NCBI RefSeq assembly: GCF_006345805.1
Contig: NC_043016.1
Coordinates: 3,162,001 to 3,226,000 of the forward strand
Direction: 5' to 3'
DNA: 64,000 nt
From: Octopus sinensis
Lineage: Eukaryota
In this document: positions 54,466 to 64,000 of the stretch, in pieces
Layout: every line of letters starts with the position of its first letter
How positions within the stretch are numbered: the first letter of the stretch is position 1
Position numbers and translations under genes: made by a program
Notes under the pieces: model-generated
Databases searched by the model: none
Seen by the model: the letters and a program-made list of their open reading frames with translations, nothing else
What the model was told of the DNA's origin: nothing

Positions 54466-54996
54466 AACGAGATACATTTCAGTAGATTGGAAGGGATATC
54501 GAACTGACTACTTAAATCATTGATTAACCAAGAACTTATGAAGTCTCCCTCTGCACACATCAAGATAAATGTAACTGATGACTATATGTAAACGTAATAT
54601 GTGCTGTTAAATAATAGTAATAATACTTGTCAATTCTGTCTTCATTTTAGTCAGTTCAAACAGGCCAGCTTAAGGTGCAAAAAAGCAAATAATTGCTTAC
54701 GAATATGACCTTTCTTATGATGACGTAAATTATAATACTTCATATATTGGCCCCTTGCAGTTGTATTCGGGTATCTAGTTAAATATGTTTACCGGATGAA
54801 ATCAACTCTACATTCTTCTCTTTGGCTTCGACAGCATTATTACAAGTGATGTACTGATATCGGAAAATTTTTCTGATTCAAATTATATGTATTTAGTCTT
54901 ATATTGTTCAAAACAGATTTTCGTTATTCATAATTGATTTGGAAATAAAGCAGTTCAAACAACCTTTTCAGCTCTTTTAAAGCGTAATAATATATC

Positions 54997-56069
54997 TACG
55001 GGGATCAGCTGCAAAACTGTTAGGCTAACCAAGATATTCCAATGGAATAATGGAATGTAACCAAATTATGTTTATTTTTCAACATAGTATCACTTTCAGT
55101 CCACACACTTCTTCAAACGGTCGTGCAGTGTTTTCATCCCGTTCGTCAAAGAAATCAACTGCGGTACTGATTGCCAGCCAAATCTTTTTTCATGTCGGAA
55201 TAGTTGACAATCATTTGAGGCAAAATCAGGAGAATAGGGACGGTGATAGGAGCCATTGAAACCAAGGACTTGTGTGCTGGAGCATTGTTCTGATGAGATG
55301 AAACAAAACCACTTTCGTCGGATATACTGGGCGTTTCGCCTCGATAACCTTTCGTATCTGCTTCAGCAATTGATTGTGTGGTCCCTTTGAAGATAAACAC
55401 AATATTTCTGCATCCCAGAAATTTGAAGGCTTCATCTTCCTGAAAAATGGAACGACCTTAGTATTCTTATATTGGCCCTATATTATCAATCCGCCACTCA
55501 AGATGGATCTCTCCCAAACAATGTCAGATTTTCCCGTGACGTAATGAAACTGGTGCGCTTCTTATCAGTGGTCAGAAGGCGTGGCACCCACCGAGCAGAA
55601 TCCTTCGTTATGCCAAGTCCATTGTGTAGAATATTCTCAACTTTCTCACAGAATATGCTAATACCATTACCTATTAGGTCTATAGTCGATCGCCTATCAT
55701 CCATCACTATGTGGTAAGCATAATTAATGTTTTTTTCTGGATTGTCAGTTGTAGGAGGGTCAGATCTTGAAGGCTCTCCCTACTCCTCGTAAATTCAGTA
55801 ACCCACTGTTGATAAAACTGGAGTGTCATCCCCTAATGTCAGCATGAATATCCTTGAGAGCTAAACTATTTTTCTGCAGGTAATTCATAATACCATGATA
55901 CCAAATTTTGTTGATTTTCATGAGAAATCGCTACAAATTACTTTTCAAGTCTTATTTGAACATGTCAGACGTCAGCTTACCAGGAAGAAAACAATGCAGT
56001 TTGAAAATAATGCACTTCTAGCAACCCTCCATTATAATCGGCCTACGAATTTTCCACCCGGCCCTCGTA
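54997..56069 (-). mobile_element. Mariner transposon, decayed near-full-length copy
   Basis: TA-flanked imperfect TIRs (TACGGGGATCAGCTGCAAAA..TAGGCT vs reverse-complement TACGAGGGCCGGGTGGAAAA..TAGGCC); SARWVPRLLT, FWDA, HQNNAPAHKS. Confidence 0.88.
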
Positions 56070-56675
56070 TAGATATGCGCGACTGTATGTAAACGTGTAT
56101 GAGCATCTGTGTGTGTGCGTATTTGTGTATGTGTGTGTGTGTGTGTGTTGGTGTATGTTAGTGTGTGTGTGTATGTATGTATGTATGTATGTATGTATGG
56201 AATGGTCAATTTCGAAATTTTAGCGATTCACAGGTTTGTGAAGCGCGCATTTTACCCATATTTAGAACGGCAAATAACCAAGATATGCGACCATTTATTA
56301 GCAATATTATTTTGCTTATTCTGTTGTTTTTATTGATAATGTCTAATACATGGTCAAACTGAGGATAAGACATTCCAGCTAAGACCATCTCGCAGTATTG
56401 GATATCTACGATTAGGTTATGTGATGTATTTCTTCCATTTCAAGACAATAAAACGATTTTGGGAACATTTAACTCTATTACTTTTAGATTAATCGTGAAG
56501 TGATATCCCGTTACACCAATCACATGATTATTTCATTTTTTCTTAAACGTCTCAAAATATATGGGACACAGAATGACACATACATGCATAAACAGGTAGA
56601 TACATATATGTATACGTATACATAAATACGTGTGTATGCGCGCGTCTGTAAGTACTTATCTGTATGTTTATTCGG

Positions 56676-56706
<31 letters not shown>

Positions 56707-56770
56707 TGTATGTATGTATGTATGTATGTATGTATGTATGCATGTATGTATGCATGTATGTATGTATGTA

Positions 56771-56801
<31 letters not shown>

Positions 56802-56848
56802 TATATATATGTGTGTGTGGGTGTGTTGTGTGTGTGTGTGTCATATAT

Positions 56849-56879
<31 letters not shown>

Positions 56880-56884
<5 letters not shown>

Positions 56885-57140
56885 TGGTTGTCTGCATCTT
56901 GTGCTTGTCTAAAAGACAAGGCAATGTATCAACGTATTGAAAAGACTCCCGCATAAATTGCATCTTCGATTTGGACCACCGAGAGCTGCAGTAAAGTTCT
57001 GACCTTTGTGAATCTTAAAATGTCTTTTGAGACCTCCGTTAGAATTGCAGACCTTATGACATACACAGCATTGAAAGGTGTGCACAGATATATAAGTAGA
57101 ACAGCTGGTGGAGGTTCGTTTTCTCCTAAGATGGAATGTG
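56880..57140 (-). mobile_element. RTE-like LINE 3' end with C2H2 zinc finger
   Basis: FQCCVCHKVCNSNGGLKRHFKIH followed by a partial CNLC finger, ending in (TA)n. Confidence 0.6.
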
Positions 57141-57142
57141 TA

Positions 57143-57178
<36 letters not shown>

Positions 57179-57206
57179 TGACCGATCTATAAGATCATGT
57201 CTATAA

Positions 57207-57438
57207 GGGCGGCGAGCTGGCAGAATCGTTAGCACGTCGGGCGAAATACTTAGCGGTATTTAGGCTGCCGTTACGTTCTGAGTTAGAGTTCCGCCGAGGA
57301 CGACTTTGCCTTTCATCCTTTCGGGGTCGATAAATTAAGTACCAGTTACGCACTGGGGTCGATGTAACTGACTTAAGCCTTTTGTCTATCCTTGTTTGTC
57401 CCCTCTGTGTTTAGCTCCCTTTGGGCAATAAAGAAATA
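57207..57438 (+). mobile_element. SINE family A, full length
   Basis: GGCGGCGAGCTGGCAGAATCGTTAG..GCCTTTCATCCTTTCGGGGTCGATAAA..GGGCAATAAAGAAATA. Confidence 0.95.
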
Positions 57439-57473
57439 TATATAGGTTGAATTGCTGGTGGAGAGAGAGAATG

Positions 57474-57518
<45 letters not shown>

Positions 57519-57524
57519 GAAAGA

Positions 57525-57575
57525 CAGATAGATAGATCGTGATAGATAGATAAATAGATAGACAGACAGACAAAC

Positions 57576-57630
<55 letters not shown>

Positions 57631-57683
57631 CAGAGAGGCAGATAGATAGATAGATAGATAGATTGATAGATAGATAGTTAGAT

Positions 57684-57726
<43 letters not shown>

Positions 57727-57752
57727 CAGAGAGGCAGATAGATAGATAGATT

Positions 57753-57812
<60 letters not shown>

Positions 57813-57831
57813 TATAGATAGACAGAGAGGC

Positions 57832-57882
<51 letters not shown>

Positions 57883-57907
57883 CAGAGAGGCAGATAGATA
57901 GATAGAT

Positions 57908-57985
<78 letters not shown>

Positions 57986-57999
57986 CAGATAGATAGATT

Positions 58000-58065
<66 letters not shown>

Positions 58066-58091
58066 CAGAGAGGCAGATAGATAGATAGATT

Positions 58092-58133
<42 letters not shown>

Positions 58134-58341
58134 CAGATAGATAGATTGATAGATAACTTTCTTTTATTAGCCACACAGGGCTGGATACAGAGGGGACAAA
58201 TACAAATGCAGAGCTTTTCTTTTCGAGGGTGGAAAAAAAATAAAAAATGTAAGATTGCGATCAAAAGGGATCGAGAGGAGGAAAAAAAAGGAAAAAAAAG
58301 AAAAATAGACAGATAGATAGATTGATAGATAGATAGATGAT

Positions 58342-58410
<69 letters not shown>
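57525..58410. repeat. (GATA)n microsatellite with higher-order units
   Basis: Directly visible; GACAGAGAGGCA recurs five times. Confidence 0.97.
58158..58300 (-). mobile_element. L1/Tx1-like 3' terminus inserted in (GATA)n
   Basis: Reverse complement ..TTTGTCCCCTCTGTATCCAGCCCTGTGTGGCTAATAAAAGAAA, similar to the SINE A tail. Confidence 0.55.
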
Positions 58411-58411
<1 letters not shown>

Positions 58412-59876
58412 CTAGACAGACAGAGGGGAGAAAAAGTGATGTGTGCGTCTATGTGTGTATGTTAGCATGTATGTATTACGTAACATCCATATATTCATTT
58501 ATCCTTATTGCTATTTTCAAGTTAAAATAATATATTGAAGATTAAAAAAGAGAAAACTTCAAGAATTCGTGAGAGTGAAATTGAGAAAAGGAATATTTTG
58601 AAGATTGGTGGAGAGAACAACAAAATTGAATTAGGAAAAGAAAAGTGGAAGGAAAGGAAAGAAAGGAAAAATTGGAGATTGGAAGTACTAGAGGATGAGA
58701 AAGAGAAAGAGAGTATGAACGATTTAGAACTTAAAAATTAAGACTGGAAAGAAAGAGGTAATTTATAAAGGAATGAATGCAAACAAATGGGAAAAGAGCG
58801 ATAAAGTAGAAAAGGAAAACAAGAGCATGGTGGGAAATAGATGGAGAGAGAAATATAAAAGACAAAAGGTAAAGGAAAAATTGAAAACGATAAATGAAAT
58901 GAAAGAAAGAATTAAACGAGAGAAAAAGCAAGGAAACAAATATAAAGAAGAAAAATGGTTTTAAAAAATGATAATTTCAATATAAGACTCAGGAAAGGGT
59001 TTATTAAAAAGAAACTTAAGAGTTGCGAGTGTGAAACGAGAACGGGAGAAAGGTAGGAGTAATTGATGATAATGATGATGAAGATGATATGGTGATGATG
59101 ATGACGATGATGAGGTGGAGAGAATGATGATGATGACTATGATGATGATGATGATCATCATCATCATCATCATTATCATGGTGATGCTGACGATGACGAA
59201 GACATATAAACAACTATAATAATAATGATGATGATAGTAATAATAATATTATTATTACTATTATTATTGTTGTTGTTTGTTGTATGTGAATATGAAAAGG
59301 AAGAAGGGGAAGAAGAATGCTAATAAAATGATGATGATAAGGATAATAATGCAGGAATAGCAGGAATAGAAGAAAAAATATACAATACGCTTTGTAGGAA
59401 TCGAAAAAAAAATTCGAATGAATTATAAACATGAAACTAAATAAATAGTAAAAAAATGTATACAAAATAAAAGAATTGGAGAAAAGAATCAAAAACATTT
59501 TTAAAAAAACAAAAATACTCTTGAACGAAAGAAACAAAAACAAATAATCGAAATGAAACAGTCAAATAAATATATAAATAAAAAGCTTTAAGCGTGTGGA
59601 AAAGATTTCTGATCGATCCTGCAGGATTTTAGAGTAAAGGTCAGCGATAATCTGTATCGACCAACAAAGCTACAAGCATTTATGGTTTCTGTAAATATTG
59701 CAAGTTCCGGCAAGACTTTTCTGAAATGTGTATGAAATCAGTGAAAATTACATGTGGCAGCAGTACACAAGCATTCCGCGGAAAGCATACTTCTAATTGA
59801 AAAAGCATGTCTTTCAATACGTAAACCAAATATTAACATGTGGAAAAACTTGAGATACGTGCAACACAATCATAAA

Positions 59877-59932
<56 letters not shown>

Positions 59933-60292
59933 CACTTTATTATTAAAGCTGCAAAACTATCACAAGAGATGTAACTCAGAGTTTCACGTTCCCGTTTGTC
60001 ACATCTATACATCTATATATATGAATATATACACGTATATATGTACATACATAATATATGTATACATGTATTGCATTCATATTTACATATATATATATAT
60101 GCATATATGTATAGACATGCATATACATATATATCTATGTATATGTATACAGATATATGAACATATATATGTATATATATATATATATATACGTATATAT
60201 ATATACGTATATATAGATGTATATATATATATATATATAAGAAATATTGAATTTCTAAATCTCTCGTAGAGACATGTACGGTGGTGGGGGAG

Positions 60293-60566
60293 ATAGAATG
60301 GTTGTATACTGTCAATCTAACAACAACGTGACAGTAGGGGGTACACCACCGCTGTATAGCCCTAGGAAGTATCGAACGCCTCCTGATGGCTTTGACACAT
60401 TTTTCCCTGTATCCTATATACATTTACGAAGGGGATGTATATAAGGACACAGGGAAAAATGTGTCAAAGCCATCAGGAGGCGTTCAATACTTCCTAGGGC
60501 TATACAGCGGTGGTGTACCCCCTACTGTCACGTTCTTGTTAGATTGACAGTATACAACCATTCTAT
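60293..60566. repeat. Long inverted repeat, ~130-bp arms with 11-bp loop
   Basis: 60293-60423 is the near-perfect reverse complement of 60435-60566. Confidence 0.95.
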
Positions 60567-60830
60567 ATATATATATATATACAAAATATATAGTTTAATT
60601 AGAGCTTGTTATTAACCATAACTTACATTAATACAGAAGGAATGTATAGTGCTTGTAGTCAGCGATATTCGAAATAATATTATTAGGGAGGCAACACAGA
60701 CGAAGTCTAAAAGAACATAATTGAAATACGCATACAAAACTTCGGAGCTCTTCGTCAGAAACATTGGAAAAGGAAAGATCTAAAGAGGGAAGACGGAGAA
60801 GAAAATCGTCAACGGTACACACGCGGTCAC

Positions 60831-60884
<54 letters not shown>

Positions 60885-60992
60885 ATACCGGAGTAAACAC
60901 ATAAAAGTGAAACAAGGTGGAAAAAAGAGTACTCAAATACCAGTGGTAGAGAGTAATATGCTTTATTTAAAGCAGCAGAAAATTCAACAAAA

Positions 60993-61031
60993 CCTGTTAC
61001 TCTGAGTTTCGCATTGCCGTTCATCGGACAG
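60993..61031 (-). ncRNA. Minimal PLE-type hammerhead ribozyme motif (U4C variant)
   Basis: Reverse complement CTGT-CCGATGA-ACGGCAATGC-GAAAC-TCAGA-GTA-ACAG: stem I CTGT/ACAG, palindromic stem III, GUA triplet, weak stem II. Confidence 0.6.
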
Positions 61032-61232
61032 TTTTTGCTAGCAAAAACTGTCCGATGAACGGACCATTTTCGTCTTTGTATTTGTTTCCTTGCCTTTTCT
61101 CTCGTTTAATTCTTTCTTTCATTTCATTTATCGTTTTCAATTGTGTCTTTTATATTTCTCTCTCCATCTATACAACGCGAAACTCAGAGTAACAGGTTTT
61201 GTTGAATTTTCTTCTGCTTTAAATAAAGTATA

Positions 61233-61300
<68 letters not shown>

Positions 61301-61414
61301 CATATATATACATATATATATATATATAATATATATATATATATTATATATATATATATAATATATATATTATATAATATATATAATATATACATATATA
61401 TTTATATAGACATA

Positions 61415-61512
61415 TACTTTTACTCTTTTACTTGTTTCAGTCATTTCACTGCGGCCATGCAGGAACGCCGCCTTTAGTCGAACAATCAACCCCAAGACGT
61501 ATTCTTTGTAAG
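61415..61512 (-). mobile_element. SINE family B tail
   Basis: TTTTACTCTTTTACTTGTTTCAGTCATTT..GCGGCCATGC. Confidence 0.85.
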
Positions 61513-61585
61513 ACGTAAAGACATACACATATATACACACACACATACTACATACAGACATATATATACATATATATATTATATA

Positions 61586-61622
<37 letters not shown>

Positions 61623-61626
<4 letters not shown>

Positions 61627-62030
61627 TGCAGGAGTGGTTGTGTTGTAAGTAGCTTGCTAACCAACCACATGTTTCTGGGTTCAGTCCCACTGCGTGACAT
61701 ATTGGGCAAGTGTCTTCTGCCATAGCCCGGGCCCGACCAATGCCTTGTGAGTGGATTTGGTAGACGGAAACTGAAAGATGCCTGTCGTATATATGTACCA
61801 TATATATTTGTATGTGTGTGTTTGTGTGTCTCTGTTTGTCCCCCTAGCATTGCTTGACAACCGATGCTGGTGTGATTATGTCCCCGTCACCTAGCGGTTC
61901 GGCAAAAGAGACCGATAGAATAAGCACTGGGCTTACAAAGAATAAGTACCGGGGTCAAATTTGCTCGACTAAAGGCGGTGCTCTAGCATGGCCGCAGTCA
62001 AATGACTGAAACAAGTAATAGAGTAAAGAG
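61623..62030 (+). mobile_element. SINE family B, full length
   Basis: Collinear with the 45046 copy. Confidence 0.95.
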
Positions 62031-62159
62031 TATATATATATATATATATATATGTGATATATATGTGTGTGTGTGTATGTATATGTATATATGTTTATAT
62101 GTATATATATATGTGTGTGTATATGTATGTGTATATGTATATATGTTTATATGTATATA

Positions 62160-62327
62160 CATACGACAATCTTCTTTCAGTTCCCATCTACCAAATCCAC
62201 TCTCGAGACCTTGGTCGGACCGAGGCTATAGTAGAAAACACCTGTCCAAGGTGCCACATAGTGGGACTGAACCCGGAGCCATGTGGTTCGCAAGCAAGCT
62301 TCTTACCACACATCCACTCCTGCGTCT
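62160..62327 (-). mobile_element. SINE family B, 5' half
   Basis: GTGGGACTGAACCCGGA.CCATGTGG..CTTACCACA..CCACTCCTGCG. Confidence 0.9.
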
Positions 62328-62397
62328 ATATATAGTATATGATGACTATATATAGTGTATATAATGCGTCTATATAGTATATAATGACTAACTCATA

Positions 62398-62892
62398 CAT
62401 TTCCACAATTCTCAACTGATTTTCACCAAACTTTACACACACATTACTTATGCCCAGAGGATGGTTATGCACTATAACATGTTGCCCAGCGCTCCCGCGT
62501 AAATATACCTAAATGGACATAGTTGTTTGTATGTAGGGGTCTTCAATATTTTTTAAATCTTTTTATAAATGTGAAAGGATTTTGTCTATTTATCTATTTC
62601 CACTGTCCACCAGTGACTATGATTAAATTGACTAGAAATACTGAACGCATATATTTCCACAATTCTCAACCAATTCTCCAAACTTTACGCACACATATTA
62701 TTTATGGCCCAAAGATGGTCATACTCTAAACATTCTGCCCAGAGCTCCCGCGTAAATGGACCTAAATAGACATAATTTGTTGTGTGTGTAGTGTCTTACG
62801 TACTTTTTTAAATCTTTTTATAAAAGTGAAAGTATTTTGTCTATTTATTTCGACTGTCCATCTCTCAACAGTGATTAAATTGACTAGGAACA
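62398..62892 (+). repeat. Two diverged ~250-bp tandem units, Helitron/DINE-like internal repeat
   Basis: ATTTCCACAATTCTCAAC..AAACTTTAC..GCTCCCGCGTAAAT..GATTAAATTGACTAG occurs twice (~62400 and ~62653). Confidence 0.85.
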
Positions 62893-63690
62893 CAGTCTGT
62901 GATGAATATCCAATACCAAACAATCACAATCTCCATATTTAAACCACATCAAGCTTTGGCATGTTTACCTTTACCTATTCTGAGTTACTTGAAAGGTGAT
63001 GTTCCATTACCTCTCTTCTATTTGTTGATACCTTTGTTTACTTACCAATGCTAAATTTCACTTTAAAGATGCATATTTACCCATCTATTATGATATTTAG
63101 ACTGTTGTCCATTGTTTTAAATGCATTTTAGCATTGTCATTCTAGCCTTCTTTAAACAAGCACATATTGATTCGACCCAGAGAATCTACCTTTAAATAAA
63201 AGTTTTTCTTCCACTAGCGAAAGCTATACGTATCTTTCAAAAATCACCATACCAATTTAACTTTATGCAGCATTCGCTGTTAGTTTATGCGCAGGCTATG
63301 TGGGAAGATAGAATAAAGAGGCATTTGTTAGCTTAGCTCTCCGAAAAATAGCTCTCTTTGCTGTTGAAAAAGATAAACTTGTGGAGGGGAAGTTTCAACG
63401 TTTTCCTTGAACTTCATTAAACCATTTATGTGGATGTTTCTGACAATTTTGCTTTCATGTAAAACAACTATATTTTGTAGCCATTATCCGTAATCCACTC
63501 CCATTTCGAATTTAGATGCTCTCTCATTATTAAAGTGCAACGACCTCCACAATAACCAGACATCAATTTGATTTTCCGTTCCTAGGTTAATCAGAAACAT
63601 TGATTGCCTTGCTGCTCAGTACTGCAATTATTATTTACTGGAAAAAAATACCAGCAATTTAAACGCGTGCATTTGCCAGTATACATACAT

Positions 63691-63727
<37 letters not shown>

Positions 63728-63739
63728 CAAATATATATA

Positions 63740-64000
63740 TACTAGCAGAATTGCCCGGCGATGCTCGGGCTGAATTGCTTGAAAGTACTGTTAATGATTG
63801 CACTGAATTATGATGATTATTCAGGCAAATATTGATATAAGTTTACGGCGGGAGATGAGGACTTAACGATGAAACGTGTGCCATTGCATTGTTTTGGGGG
63901 AACCAAATTTCTAATGAGCAGTATAGGGGCACCAACTTTAAGTTTGAGAATGTGATGTGGTAGTGGGGGTGCTCAAAGAATTGAGTACCTCTATTGGATA
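63740..64000 (-). mobile_element. Helitron 3' end, continuing beyond the window
   Basis: Reverse complement GCCCGAGCATCGCCGGGC hairpin followed by AATTCTGCTAGT in (TA)n. Confidence 0.75.

Noticed and set aside
55289-55305. CTGATGAGATGAAAC
   Set aside because: No room for stem II and no stem III; lies within mariner coding sequence
56909-57235. C2H2 zinc-finger ORF as a host gene exon
   Set aside because: The ORF starts in a SINE, crosses a microsatellite and ends in (TA)n; it fits a LINE C-terminal finger better
58535-58964. Lys/Glu-rich ORFs
   Set aside because: Purine-rich low-complexity DNA with no domain signal

Overview
AT-rich, microsatellite-dense eukaryotic DNA, intergenic or deep intronic. 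The SINE families and simple-repeat load suggest a cephalopod (Octopus-like) genome, which is an inference. I found no credible host protein-coding exon; most ORF-track entries are translations of simple repeats. The window is a mosaic of decayed mobile elements: many R4/Dong-like RLE non-LTR fragments in (AAT)n/(GAT)n tracts, RTE, CR1 and Penelope-like (PLE) fragments, a MULE with 9-bp TSD nested in an RTE, two mariners, a piggyBac-type MITE, Helitron-type elements and three tRNA-derived SINE families. Most notable: (1) several PLE-type hammerhead ribozyme (HHR) motifs, one apparently intact at 38642-38739; (2) a head-to-head HHR palindrome with one ribozyme split by an inverted copy of DNA from about 2.2 kb upstream; (3) an ORF1-only (HAL1-like) L1/Tx1 element inserted in the tRNA head of a SINE; (4) repeated diverged fold-back duplications of TE fragments. 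Coordinates were read by eye and element boundaries are approximate.
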